Assembly (NCBI GenBank): GCA_964016885.1
Contig: OZ024741.1
Location: 159,960,001 to 160,024,000, forward strand
Direction: 5' to 3'
Source of the DNA: Eledone cirrhosa
Lineage: Eukaryota
DNA: 64,000 nt
Made by a program: the position numbers and the translations under genes. The stretch's first letter is position 1. The number at the start of each line of letters is the position of its first letter. The notes beneath the pieces are model-generated. The model was not told where the DNA came from. It did no database searches and worked only from the letters and a program-made list of their open reading frames with translations. Of the stretch, positions 31,901 through 45,213 are shown piece after piece.

Positions 31901-32429
31901 CATGGACAACTTCCAGAGGTTCCTAGCCTGGTAGTGTTACCGGGGGGCTCTGCCCGTTCGAGAAAAGCTCTACAGACACGGGCGCCCGGGCAGGGATCCA
32001 GCGAAAAAGATCTGTCCCAGATGCGTGCGCGACGAGGAAACCGTTGCGCATGCACTGGTACACTGCCCGGGCGTTGCCGATCTGTGGGGCTACGTCGAAC
32101 GACTGCTGTCGCGTGTGGCGCCGATTCGATTAACCGCCGAGTCTGTGGTGAACATTAAGCCCCCTCCTCCCTTCAGAAATGAAGCAGAGGCGGTCTTTCT
32201 GTGCGTAATAGCCATGAGGAAAGAGGTTGTGTGGTGGACGCGCCTGAAAGGTCTGAGGTCGGGTGACTTTCTCTCCGGCCATCACCTGGTTTACTTCTTC
32301 CGATACCACTTCGGAAGAAGGATCAGGATGGAGAGAGAAGTGCTTGGCCCCAGACAGTTTTATGAAAGGTGGGTGAAAGAAGCGAGAATGGCTCGTGTAA
32401 ATGGGCCTTCTCTCTACATTGTTCTGTAG
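28997..32429 (+). pseudogene. Tx1 ORF2 (AP endonuclease, RT, zf-RVT), few lesions
   Basis: LRVGCLNARGL, CESR, LYAP, GDWN, SYLDRF, SDH; RT motifs LDQSKAFDRVDH, RQGCP.S, AYADDV; stops near 29073 and 31932, frameshift near 30360. Confidence 0.92.
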
Positions 32430-32664
32430 GTGAAGAAGTGAAGAGGAAAGGGGGAGCGCCTCCTCTCTGGGCTTCCCCCGCGAAAAGGGTTGCACACTTT
32501 TCGGGGGTATGTACAATCCCCAACACGCCCCCTCCCTTTTGAGGACTTTTTATTATTATATTATTATTGTTATTCCTTTTTTTTCTTTACTCGATTTAAA
32601 GTATTTGTCCCCTTCTTTTGTGCCCTCGTGGCAAATAAATAGAAATCTATCTATCTATCGATCG

Positions 32665-32695
<31 letters not shown>

Positions 32696-32696
<1 letters not shown>

Positions 32697-33080
32697 CATT
32701 GATTCCCTTCTTTAGGTACCACTTTAGAAGGAGAATCGGGGTGGAGAGAGAGGCACTGCACCCCAGTAAATTTACTGAAAGGTGGATGAATGAAGCGAAA
32801 ATGGCCCGAGTGATTGGGCCTTCTCTGTTTATAAGCCTGTAGGTTGAAGAAGAGAGCAAAAGGAAGAAAGGTGCACTTGCACAACACGCTCCTGGAGTTG
32901 AGGGTTGTTCTATCGACGGGGTATTAAACAAACCATTTGTGGCGCTTCCCCCCTATTGGGGATTTTGATTGTTGTAATTGTTTGTTTTTATATTTTTTAC
33001 ACGACTGTATGTAAAATCCCCGGCATGTCTTTGTATGGTCCCCTTTTCTTATGCGCCCTTGTGGAAAATAAAGAAATATA
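32696..33080 (+). mobile_element. Short Tx1 3' fragment in the same (CTAT)n tract
   Basis: Highly similar to 2507-2890. Followed by CTATCTATCTATCTAT. Confidence 0.9.
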
Positions 33081-33146
33081 ACTATCTATCTATCTATCTA
33101 TCTCTCTATATATACATACATATATCGATACATATATTTATACATG

Positions 33147-33247
<101 letters not shown>

Positions 33248-33279
33248 GCATATATATATATATAATTATTAAGGGCAGT

Positions 33280-33345
33280 TACTACAACAGTGCCATACAA
33301 GGTACGTACGTTTCGTTAGTCCTGAGGACCAACTTATTCAACCTA
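33280..33345 (-). ncRNA. Degenerate hammerhead motif
   Basis: Minus strand TTGAATA-AGTTGGTCC-TCA-GGACTAAC-GAAAC-GTAC-GTA. Downstream sequence is related to the copy at ~38320-38395. Confidence 0.45.
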
Positions 33346-33683
33346 TGTCGATGAAAATGAACCAAAAAATGTTTACTCAGAAAATAAAATAAATAAAATA
33401 AGGAAAATGAAGAGAGCTCTAAACAGAGGCAAGTAATGATTTTATTGGTCTGAGGGAGACAATTTGACGAAAAAAAAAAAAAAAATGCGAACAAACGCTA
33501 ACTAACTAAGAAATTAGAGGGAATAGAAATGAATCAATAAAACAAGATATAATTTGGGGAGGAAACAAATAAAAGTCAATATTAAATACTAAGGAAGCCA
33601 GTTCTCGAAAAAGTGTTCAGAAACCTGAGGTCATCGCGAGAAAAATTCTGTATGTACGTTAAGCGGTTTGTTGTTGTGGATGT

Positions 33684-33714
<31 letters not shown>

Positions 33715-33729
33715 TATATATATATATAA

Positions 33730-33900
33730 TACAAGGAGAATTTGTTAAGCCTTCATTACGTTTATTGAGTGTTGACGCGCGTTTTGCTATTCATCAGTTC
33801 AAGGTTCGATCTGTATCGATCTGATCCGACTTTGGAATCAAAAGCTCCGGGTGCTCACCTGGGTGAACCTACAGTAACTTCACGTTACACTCGCTGGATA
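33730..33900. repeat. Penelope-like terminus with minimal hammerhead core, between (TA)n tracts
   Basis: Minus strand CTGATGAATAGCAAAACGCGCGTC (the 17357 copy has GAAACGCGCGTC). Tail 33850-33895 resembles 43315-43362. Confidence 0.55.
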
Positions 33901-34322
33901 TATATACATATATATATATATACATATATATAAGCGATATATACATATCAAGCTATGCCTGTGCTAGAAGCTTTTTTAAGTAAGAAAAGGCTTTGCACGG
34001 AGCCAATTCCACTCTCTGTGCATCGAATGCATTTGCCCAAATATGACGCCAAGTAGAAAATTGTTGATGGATAATCCTAACTTCTAATTTCTAATTTTTC
34101 ATTATATATATATTTCGTTTCTGAATTTCTTTAGCAAGATTCTTTATCTGAAAACGTGTGTTGAAACCGATATTGTTATACTTTGGGACGGTCGTGTTGC
34201 CAATAAGAAACACACGCACCAGTTGCTTTCACTTCAATTTATTATAATAAATTTATAAATTTAGGAATTTATAAATTTCCGGTTGGTTGGTTGGTTCCAC
34301 AACCAGATGGTTGTTTATATAT

Positions 34323-34368
34323 TGTCAAAGTTCTTTCGTCACATATTCTGTGACCTCTTCAGTGACTG
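34323..34368 (-). ncRNA. Minimal type-I hammerhead ribozyme motif
   Basis: Minus strand GTCA-CTGAAGA-g-GTCACA-GAATA-TGTGAC-GAAA-GAAC-TT-TGAC. Stem I GTCA/TGAC and stem II both pair. Confidence 0.65.
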
Positions 34369-34597
34369 GGGATTCTTTTCTTTGTTTTTGTGCCTCTCCT
34401 TTGTTCTGTCCTACGCCATCTTGTTTCTTTTCACACAGGGCTCGATAAGGATATATATATATAAAATATATATAAAACCGTAGAGCAAATATTTATTAAA
34501 ACTGAAACTCAAAAGATCCCGTTAAGAGTGAAAGCAGCGATTCTTTGCTTAAAATTTAATGTTATTTTAATATATATATATATGTGTATATATATAA

Positions 34598-34637
<40 letters not shown>

Positions 34638-35599
34638 CTAGAACAGTAAAAATGCACATTAAAATACAACAGGTATCACAATTTTTCAAATACACACGCC
34701 AACATGAAAGCGTGCTCAGCACTTAAATTACATTATCGAACAAAATATTGCAGCCGATTGACAATGCCGTTATTAGAGCACCGAGGTCAGTTATATCTTT
34801 CATTCCTCCGGGTTCAACAAATTGCATTCAAATATTCAAGTCAAATCTGCTCTCTAGTTCACGCTCCTTTTCTCTCTCTTTTTAAATTCCGTACATACTT
34901 TGAGTTCCAGGAAGCTTACATATACAGAGAGAATCTTTTCTTAAACATATGTTCTTTGAGATCAATGTAAGACGTCTCTTGTTCACGAATAGAAAATTCG
35001 CCACTTATATTAAAACCTAAGAGGACTAAAGCTAAGTCAATTCAATTGAAACGTGAATTACTATATGGGTTGTTTCTTTGGGTGTCCGTGTAGATGAGAT
35101 ACCTGCATCGAGGCAGTGAAAATGAAGTCATAACTTAAGCGAATTTTTCAAATTGTGTTTATTGACGATTTTTCTGACATCTGTGTTCTCTCGTGAAATA
35201 TTTATGGGCTAGACATCAGAAATTCTAGCAATGATAGTACGGCCATTAAAACTATAAGAGTATAAAATGGTCGGTCTTTGGTTAGTTGTTAATTTAAAGG
35301 AACTGAAATAATTTCGTATATAATATATAATATCATTAAACCTGCTGAGTTTTCAGCCATCGTTGCAATAAACGACTGTGAGTTTAAATGAATCTACAAC
35401 GGAAGAAATGTTAAAAAAAATTCTACTAACACTACTTAGACGTATAATAAGATTACACTTGAAGGTGATTTGAATATATGTTGGTATATTGCTGTCTTTC
35501 ATTTGGTTTTCTACATACATAGATACATGATGGCTTGTATCGAGTATGGCCATTGCACGATATACCATTATTAATAATTATTAATTAATTCTATCGTGC

Positions 35600-36830
35600 A
35601 ATGCCTGTGCGTGAAGATATTTTTTTAAGTGAGGAAAGACTGTGCACTGAGCCAATCCCACTCTCTGAGCGACAGTAGCTATAACCCGAAAAGAAGAAAA
35701 GATCAGCATCATCGGTAACTACTGAGCCGCAGGTTTTATATCGGATTTATCCCAGTTTCCTGAGTTGCCTTCTGCTAGAAGAATGCCTTGACAAAGGCTA
35801 GGTGTCCTTCACTCCCAGTGGTTTAACCGCGCGATCGGATGTCCAGCCCAACTATTTCTATGTCCCCGCGCATATACATACACATGCACCCATGTATATA
35901 CACATATACATATACATACACATGTACATGTGTATATACATATTTACACACTTTTGGATGGCCGTTGACTCTTATGAGTTCTTCCGCCCTTTGTCAGGTT
36001 TTGTTTTTTGTCCTGCAGTGTGTCCAAAATCACCCTCCTCACCAAGTAAACTTGGTGGGTTGTCGGTTTAGTCGCCGACTACCCGACCATGCGACAGGTT
36101 GTACTGGGTTACATGTTACCAGTAGCACTCAAGAGTGACCCGACATACATACATAATATACTGACATAGATACATACATGCATGCATGCATGCATGCATA
36201 CATACCTACATACACACATGGTGGTGGCTGCCAACTCGTTTTCAAGTACGGCCACTACTTTATATCCATGTAGGAGAACCCCTACCGATGCGCTGAACGA
36301 GTGTGACGTTTTAGTCCAGCCAGCGACTTGAAAACTCTGGTACAAACACTACACTTGTGACAATTATTGACACATAGTGCTGGGCCCATGGTACCATGTG
36401 ACGACAAGTGCAGAGAGATCTCCAGATATAAAGCAATGCTTGTGCTGTGAAGCTTTTATAGTGAGCAAAGGCACTGCACAAAGCCAGTCCCACTCTCTTG
36501 ACCAAGATGATATTTACCAAAAAGAAGAACAAGTCAACATCATTGGATACCATCAGAGTTGCAGGTGTTATATCAGAGTTTTCCTTCTCCTAGAATTCTG
36601 CCTTGACAAAGGCTACGGGGTCATCTCTCCCGGTGATTTAGGATGGCCATTGACTCTTAAGAGCTCCTTTGCCCTTTGACAGGTTTTGTTTTTAGTCCTG
36701 CAGGATGTCCAAAGTCACCCTCCTCACCAAGAAACCTTGGCGGGGTTGCCAGTTTAGTCGCCAACGACCCGACCATGAGACAGGTTGTACTGGGATACAT
36801 GTTACCAGTAGCACCAACTGGTGACCTGAC
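35600..36830 (-). mobile_element. Repeated fragments resembling the 5' region of RTE elements
   Basis: 35955-36140 matches 36640-36830, and 35600-35800 matches 36440-36620, 33955-34020 and 61780-61950. The minus strand has CTAGGAGAAGGAAAACTCTGA, recalled from RTE 5'UTRs. Confidence 0.5.
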
Positions 36831-36931
36831 ATACACACATACATATATACATACATACATGTGTGTGCGTGTGTATGCATGTACATACGTATGTATATAT
36901 GTGTATATATATATATACACTTACGAACGCA

Positions 36932-36985
<54 letters not shown>

Positions 36986-37218
36986 CACATTTATAAGTGT
37001 ATATCTATGTATATATATATATATAATTTTCAATCATATTTTATTATTTGTTTGACCCGAATAGCTTGCTCGCTTCTATGACTTTGCGGTTAATGGTTTA
37101 ACCATCGTCTCAGTGTGTTTGGCCTTTTAATGTATGTTTATTGCTCTAGTTCACTCGTTTCTATTGAGCGCTTGCCACACATTTCGGAAGTTGTTTTTCG
37201 CTAATTTGATTCTCGCTA

Positions 37219-37303
<85 letters not shown>

Positions 37304-37554
37304 GTAATAATAATAAATTTGAAGACTAAAATCCAAAGAGGGCTCGATAAGGATAAATATATATCAAATATATAAGAACCCTAGAACAAATATTTATTAA
37401 AATAACAGATTTTAAAGTTTAAGCAAAGAAGCGCTGCTTAACGGGATCTTCTATATATATATATATAACAGTGGTGTAAATTGAGGCATATGCGATATGT
37501 TTATGTACTTGTCTGGTACATTATTTTATTGATATAAAAAGTGTGGAAAGAAAA

Positions 37555-37655
37555 TCTGACCTCTGCGGGATTCGAACTCAGGACGTATAAACTCATAACT
37601 AGATGCCGCAAAGCATTTTGCCCGATGCTCTAACGATTCGACTAATTCACCGCCC
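37555..37655 (-). mobile_element. SINE 5' part (variant subfamily)
   Basis: Reverse complement GGCGGTGAATTAGTCGAATCGTTAGAGCATCGGGCAAAATGC...CTGAGTTCGAATCCCGC with A-box and B-box-like motifs. Confidence 0.7.
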
Positions 37656-38317
37656 TCATTTTGGTGATTAGTATAAGCACCTCTTATCCATACCATCAAC
37701 AAACGTACACGCACTGCGACCACACAGCAATTTCTACTCCACATGGAGTCTTTCTTTAGAAAAACACTATTTCAATATTGGTGTTGAATGGAAGTGGTAG
37801 TTTGATGATGATGGTAATGTTACTATTAGTGTGTGTGTGGTGGTGAGAATGATAGGTGTGGTGTAGATGGCGTTCTGGGACAATCTACCGTACTACAACA
37901 TAACAAATATAATTTGAATAAACTAAAGTTGTGAATTACGTATATCTAAAGATATTCTGTATGTTTAATAAATAAATATTTTGAAAGTCAAGCTATGAAA
38001 ATTATATATATATATGCAAAAATTATATATATATATATGCAAACATTATATATATATATGCAAAAATTACATATATATATATGTAAATTATATATGTATA
38101 TATATATATATATATATATAGTATAAAAGAGAAAATACAGGTAAGCATTAAGAGAAGGATTTTATCCAGGTATTTACGACCGTTTCATTGGTAAGTGCAA
38201 CCTTATATTGCTATACTGCAAAACCATCCATGAAACTGGCCTTCTTAACCAAAAACTGGATCACAATAAGCAATCTTTTGCTTCTCTAACTATATATATA
38301 TATATATTATATATATA

Positions 38318-38656
<339 letters not shown>

Positions 38657-39576
38657 AGCTATGTTGAAGCTAAATTTATTTCAATTCCACACATATCCTA
38701 TATTTCCCGAAGAAAAGCTTAAAAAAGAACAACCAAAACTGAAATGAAACTATTGTTTAGACACACACACACACATATATATGTCTAGATACACACATAC
38801 ATATACATATACAAACACATATACACACATACAAGCAAGTACACATGAGCATAAAGAAACGCACTAAGATATTAATAGGCATGATGAAAAGCCATCACAT
38901 ATGACCGATTAGTCAACCATATTATGTATATATCCATGCAGTATATACTGCATGGATATATTAATTATTTCAGTTGCGTGATCAACGAGAACGCCGTGAA
39001 ATTCTGAGTGGCAACAGAGAAGAGTTTCAGCTTTAATATAAATATTGATACCCAGTGGCGGACTGGCCAGGTTTCCCAATGGCAAGTGGGCCACAGGGGC
39101 CCATGGTGGCATTGCAAGAGCCCACGGTAGCATTCCAGGGCCCACTGTAGTATTTTAGGGACCAATGCTTTACTTTTGAACAGATACCTGAAGTCTAAGA
39201 GAAAGAATAAATTAAACAAATAAATAAATAAAACAATTAAGCAAAGTATTTGGTCAATCAATTCCCCAAGGAATTACTAGAAACCAAAATATACGATAGT
39301 GAAAATAGCTGGAATCAGTGGTTGTACATTCTACTAAATCTAAAGCATAGTGTATTCATTCAGTCATGCAAACATACATATATAGACACAGACATACAAG
39401 CGTATATATATATATAGATGTATCACTGATTTTTCGTTTTATATTATATATATATATATAGTATATATATATATTTATTTATACACTTACACACGAACTA
39501 CTGACCAAATAATATTTGATATCAATGGGTTTAAGATAACAGTCAAATCAATTAGTGGTGAAGGTGGTGTAATATA

Positions 39577-39607
<31 letters not shown>

Positions 39608-39652
39608 TAGATAGATAGATAGATAAACACACACACACACACACACACACAT

Positions 39653-39730
<78 letters not shown>

Positions 39731-40302
39731 ATATATATTGAGTGAGTGTGAAAGACCAAAGGTCATTTCTCAAAATACATATTTTTTTATTGGAGAAGGT
39801 AAGATATTTTCCCACAAAAATTTGATTACACTCATGTATTTTTTGAAAATGTTATTTATTGATTATAAAAATTTAATGATACCATTCTATATGTAGGTGG
39901 GCCCTCTTCATCTGGCAACCAATATTTTTAGACCTAGTCCGCCACAATCCTGGCCAAGAGGTACAAGTAACCTTTTTCAGTTTTTATGTTACAACCAATA
40001 CAAAAAACTGAAAAGATTTACCGGGAACCCTACTCCCGACCAGGACCGAACTTCAGACGAGGATTACCACCGTCTATGATTCCTCCAACTAAGCCACCGA
40101 GACAGCTACAAAACTGTAATGAAAATTGATAATTATAAACCTACTTTCAAAATCAAAGTTAAAAAGATGAGCTATTAGTAATATTTAGGGTCGACTTCTG
40201 GTCATTATTGAAAGTCCCTGGATTTCTCAAAATACATAATATTTATTGGAGAAAGTAAGATATTTTCCCGCAAACATTTGATTGCACTGTTTTGTTTCCA
40301 CT

Positions 40303-40346
<44 letters not shown>

Positions 40347-41388
40347 TAAATCCACCAATTAATGGTAGGGTCTAAGCCGTATGAAGAACTCAATGTAATC
40401 CGTATGTAGAAGATGTCGTGAAGCAAAGTTTAAAATACAAAATTTCAACGATATAATTCATTGGATACAGAGTAAAAAATACAAATAGTGAAAACAATGA
40501 AATTAAACAAAAAACGGTTAATTCATAATAAAACACATTATTTTAAGATCGTTTCTGGGGGTAGTTCCCCGTATGTCCATTCTATTATTGATCTATGTAA
40601 AATATATTACAAATTATTATAGTAAGAAAATATACATACGTCTTCTCTACCCGCTGTCTTCAGAAATAATGAGTTTTGTTTATTGAAGAATACAAAAAAA
40701 ACAACATATATGAATAAGTAACGTTTTATAAACAAGGTTGAGATTGACCAATATTAAAAATAGGAAGGGGGCAATATAGATCATTAAGTAGGTAGTAGTG
40801 TATGAATAGATAAGCAGTCAGGGGATGAAGTATCAAATGACTTTTAAGAAAAGAAAGGAAAGTTGAGAGTGAAAGGAATTTAGACATATTGTGTAGAAAA
40901 GTGTAGATGGTCAAAGAAGATAACAGTTGGAGGAAAAGGGGTGCAGAAATCAGTGTGTTACATCAAGTACAATATTATAGAACAATCCTAAATATTTGTT
41001 ATTTCTTTGTTCGAGAGGAATAATTTGTTCTAAAAATAGAAGAAGTAGAGGAATATAAATGGAACCAAAGGAAAGTAAAATTTAGATAAAAAATAGATAA
41101 AATACTATATAGATAAGAAAATACTAAAGTTTGTGTAAGTATTGTATTGTGTTAGAGTGGTCAGAAAGAAGTTTTACCTGTAGGGAATTATATTTTCGAA
41201 TAAGAAATCTCATTAATAACCTGGTTTTATTTTTTTTTAAAAGGGGGTTTAAATGCATATCCGTTAAAAGTTTTGTTAGATTGTTGAATATAATGTAATA
41301 TATAGTGTTCATTAATAGTTAATTACTTAAAACTGTTATAGGGATGAGATATAGGATTTAATCCATGGATTAATTCTAATAGCAGAAA

Positions 41389-41419
<31 letters not shown>

Positions 41420-41599
41420 CATATACATACATATATACATACACACACACATACATACACACACACATATATATAGAGAGACACACCTATGTATACACAT
41501 ACATACACACATATATACACACACACATACACACGCACACACATTTTCTCCTATATTTTTTTATATATTTGTTTTGTTGTAATTATAATATTTGAATGT

Positions 41600-42250
41600 C
41601 TTTCTAATTTTATGGTTACATGCTATAATTAATTCTTGTCTTTTATTTAATAGAGTGTCCTTCGATTTAGTAATTTCAAAAGTTTCTTGGGAACATAGTC
41701 CACACTCCCTTCTATTGTCCTGATAAGAAATGGCTCTCTTGAGAATCTTTCTAGTTAGGTTATAATTAATATTCTTCTTTTTACAATTATTAACTGCTTC
41801 TGCTAAAGAAGTGGGTGGTATTAGCTAATTTTGTGTTTCGAAAACTGTGGTTGTGTGCATAAAATCTCGATTTAAACGGATTAAAAATGGATCCAATATA
41901 GGATTGATTAGAGTGGTGATTATACATTTATATACTATATTATTAATTAAGCAATTTCCATTTAAGGGGCAATTATCTTTTACTCTACAATTACAACCGT
42001 TTGTACATAGGGTTTCAGATGTGCTAGCTATATTCCCAATAATAGTGCTAATATTTGTATTTACCTTTTTATATGGGAGAGAAGGGTTTACGGTTGAGTG
42101 GTCACGGCCCGAAGGGTTGTTAGTTGGTGAAATTATACTGGATATAGCGTTTATAGAATCATGGTTGTTTTGGAAGTTATTGGTTAGATTGGGTATGTAA
42201 TTCTTATACATCAGCCTACAACCTACTACCATCTTTCTCATCCTTAATAG
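41600..42250 (-). mobile_element. Penelope-like element GIY-YIG endonuclease fragment (Naiad-like)
   Basis: CNCRVKDNCPLNGNCLINNIVYKC, then after a frameshift SYIGS..NPFKSRFYAHNHSF, and further on KILKRAISY...ECGLCSQE..EI....LLNKK...CNH. Confidence 0.75.
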
Positions 42251-42253
42251 GGT

Positions 42254-43115
42254 TGGTTCGCACCAAGTGCGACGACGCGCTCGGAGAAACTCTAGGCGTA
42301 GAGGAAGACGAACTGGCCAGTCTGTTCGGTATGACCTTCTGTCCGGGACCGATGGAGAACTTCCAAAAGTCCCTGGCCTGGCAGTGCTACCGAGGAGCTC
42401 TACTAGTTCGAGACAAGCTCTACAGACATGGGCGCCCGGGCAGAGACCCTTCGAAAAAGATCTGTCCGAGATGCGTGCGAGACGAAGAAACCGTCGCGCA
42501 CGCATTCATACACTGCCGGGGCGTTACCGACCTGTTGGGATATGTAGAACGACTATTGTCGCGGGTGGGAACAATCCGGTTGACCACCGAGTCCATTGTC
42601 ATGATGAAACCGCCACCCTCCTTCAAAAACGAAGGAGAGGCGGTTTTCCTTTGTGTGATAGCTATGGCGAAAGAGGTTGTATTGTGGACGAAGTTAAAAG
42701 GGCTGAGGTCAGACACCTTTCTCTCCGGCCAACAACTGATTCTTTTTTTCAAATACTACTTTGGAAGAAGAATCAGGATGGAGAGAGAGGTGCTGTACCC
42801 CAGCAAATTTTATAAAAGGTGGGTGAAAGTGGCGAGAATGGTCCGAGTGAATGGGCCTTCTCTCTATATCAGCCTGTAGGTTGAGGAAAAAGAGGAAGAG
42901 AGGAAAGGAGTACTCACTCTTCGAACTCCTGGAGATGAGGGTTGCACATTTTTTCGAGGGTATGTGTTACCCATATGTAATGTCTCCCTCTATTGGAGAA
43001 AATCGATTAACTTTTAAATTGCATTTGTGATAGTGTTTTACACGTTTTTATTGTATGTAAACTTCCCCCTTTGTATTTGTCCCCTTCTTTTGTGCCCCTG
43101 TGGCTAATAAAGAAC
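42254..43115 (+). mobile_element. 5'-truncated Tx1-clade LINE ((CTAT) group)
   Basis: ORF 42253-42879 carries the HGRPGRDP motif shared with 2048 and 31980. Ends GGCTAATAAAGAAC followed by degenerate ATCT repeats. Confidence 0.9.
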
Positions 43116-43190
43116 ATATCTACCTAGCAGTCTGTCTATCTTTCTAATTCATACTTTCAAAATTTTCAAAACAAAATGACGTGGTGTCAT

Positions 43191-43266
<76 letters not shown>

Positions 43267-43396
43267 AAAACTCTGCTTAGTACAACGCCAATATACCTAC
43301 TGGAAACTATACATCGAGTGCTCACTCTGGTGAACCTTCAGTAACTGAACGTTACAATCCCTATATATATATATATATATATACACATATATATAT

Positions 43397-43466
<70 letters not shown>

Positions 43467-43473
<7 letters not shown>

Positions 43474-43917
43474 GGTGTGACAGACGAGTTGTAATATATT
43501 AGTAAAAAGGAAAAGAAAATGCTGATGACAAATTTTTCCCAGTGAAAAATAGTTTAATTAGGAATAAGTATAAATTAGTAATAAGTATTGGCTCGTATTC
43601 AGTTTTAGTTTTAAGTTTTTACCGGTTGCGCATTTCTAATGCTTTTCAAAAATAATTTTGAGATAGAGCGCTCGTGATGTTTGCTCTAATCAGATTAGAG
43701 CAAACATCACGAGCGCTCTATCTCAAAATTATTTTTGAAAAGCATTAGAAATGCGCAACCGGTAAAAACTTAAAACTAAAACTGAATACTAGCCAATACT
43801 TATTACTAATTTATACTTATTCCTAATTAAACTATTTTTCACTGGGAAAAATTTGTCATCAGCATTTTCTTTTCCTTTTTACTAATATATTACAACTCGT
43901 GTGTTACACCTCTATTT
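43467..43917. repeat. Near-perfect palindrome with 225-bp arms
   Basis: Centre at 43692 (CTCTAATC-A-GATTAGAG). About 3 mismatches seen. (TA)n on the left, (TC)n(TA)n on the right. Confidence 0.92.
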
Positions 43918-43933
43918 CTCTCTCTCTCTCTCC

Positions 43934-44006
<73 letters not shown>

Positions 44007-44010
<4 letters not shown>

Positions 44011-44590
44011 TAGAAGGTCGGACATGCTTTGCAGCATAGTTACGTCCCTTTACGATCTGAGTTCAAATCCAGCCGCGGTTAACTTTGCCTTTCATCCTTA
44101 CGGGGTCGATAAAATAAAGTACCAGTAATGCACTGGGGACGATTTAATCGACTTTTCCCCTCCCCCAAAATTGCTGACCTTGTGCCTAATGTAGAAACAA
44201 TTATCATTATTATTATTATTTTATTGGCAGAATGAGTAGGGCATCCGACACCATGCTTTACGTTGTGAGTTCAAATCCCGCCGGGATTATATTTGCCTTT
44301 CACCCTTACAGGGTCGATAAAGTAAAGCAAGTCGATTTAATTGACTTGCGCCTCTCCTCCAAAAATTGTTGGCCTTGTGCCTGAATCAGAAAACATTACT
44401 AAAATTTTGGCAGTATCGGTAGAGGCTCGGACGCCATGCTTTGACGCATGGAGTTACGGCCCTTGCCATTCTGAGTTCAAATCCCGCCGAGGTTAACTTT
44501 GCCTTTCATCCTTACGGGGTCGATAAAATAAAGTACCAGTAATGCACTGGGTAATTGCTGGCCTTGTGCCAATAGTAGAAACAATATTTT
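44007..44590 (+). mobile_element. Three tandem SINE copies
   Basis: The GAGTTCAAATCC.GCCG...CCTTTCA.CCTTAC.GGGTCGATAAA core occurs at ~44058, ~44267 and ~44473. Confidence 0.85.
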
Positions 44591-45181
44591 AAATTATTCT
44601 CTGTTACTTCTTAGATCACATAATTGAAAACAGTTTTACAAAATACAGTGTATATCACGCATGTGAAACTGAGGGTTCCCCGATGGTCACATGGGTCACA
44701 TATGTGTTATCTGAGGGCCACACTCGAAAACTAATTGCACACATTGCAACTAATTTTTTTGATTTTATATTACAAAGATAAAACATGTTCGTGCCGTAAA
44801 AAGTTTTGTGCGCGCTGCAGGTGTGCTTGTTATGGGCTGCATACAGCCCGCGGGGCGCATGTTTGTCATGCCTGGTGTATATGACCAGCTTTGAGAACGT
44901 AGACTTTGTCTATGACAACGTGGAATTGCAACAGTTGTGATGGGCGTGTTGGTGGTGTTGGTAGTGATTACAATGGTAGTTGTGGTTGTTGTTGGTGGTG
45001 GTGGTGGTAGTGGCAGTGATGTATTGGAAAAGGAAATCTGAAGTGATCTGACTTTTATTGTCGCATTGATTTTAACATTGAACTAATTACTTATTTATTG
45101 GAGCACATCGTACACACATACACACACACACACACACACACATACACGCACATACACATACACACACACACACATACACAC

Positions 45182-45213
<32 letters not shown>

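Larger units (their letters stand above)
26942..32645 (+). mobile_element. Full-length Tx1-clade LINE in (CTAT)n
   Basis: (CTAT)n at ~26925-26941 and ~32646-32695. 5'UTR, ORF1, ORF2 (APE, RT, zf-RVT), and 3'UTR ending GGCAAATAAATAGAAA. Confidence 0.92.

Noticed and set aside
39053-39150. GC-rich CAGTGGCGGACTGGCC... segment, and similar single hAT-like ends at ~44825-44875 and ~45935-45965
   Set aside because: Only one terminus is visible for each, with no TSD, so they are too weak to call.
40640-41330. Short minus-strand ORFs that might be a Penelope N-terminal region or a host exon
   Set aside because: No recognisable motif, AT-rich, and interrupted by stops.
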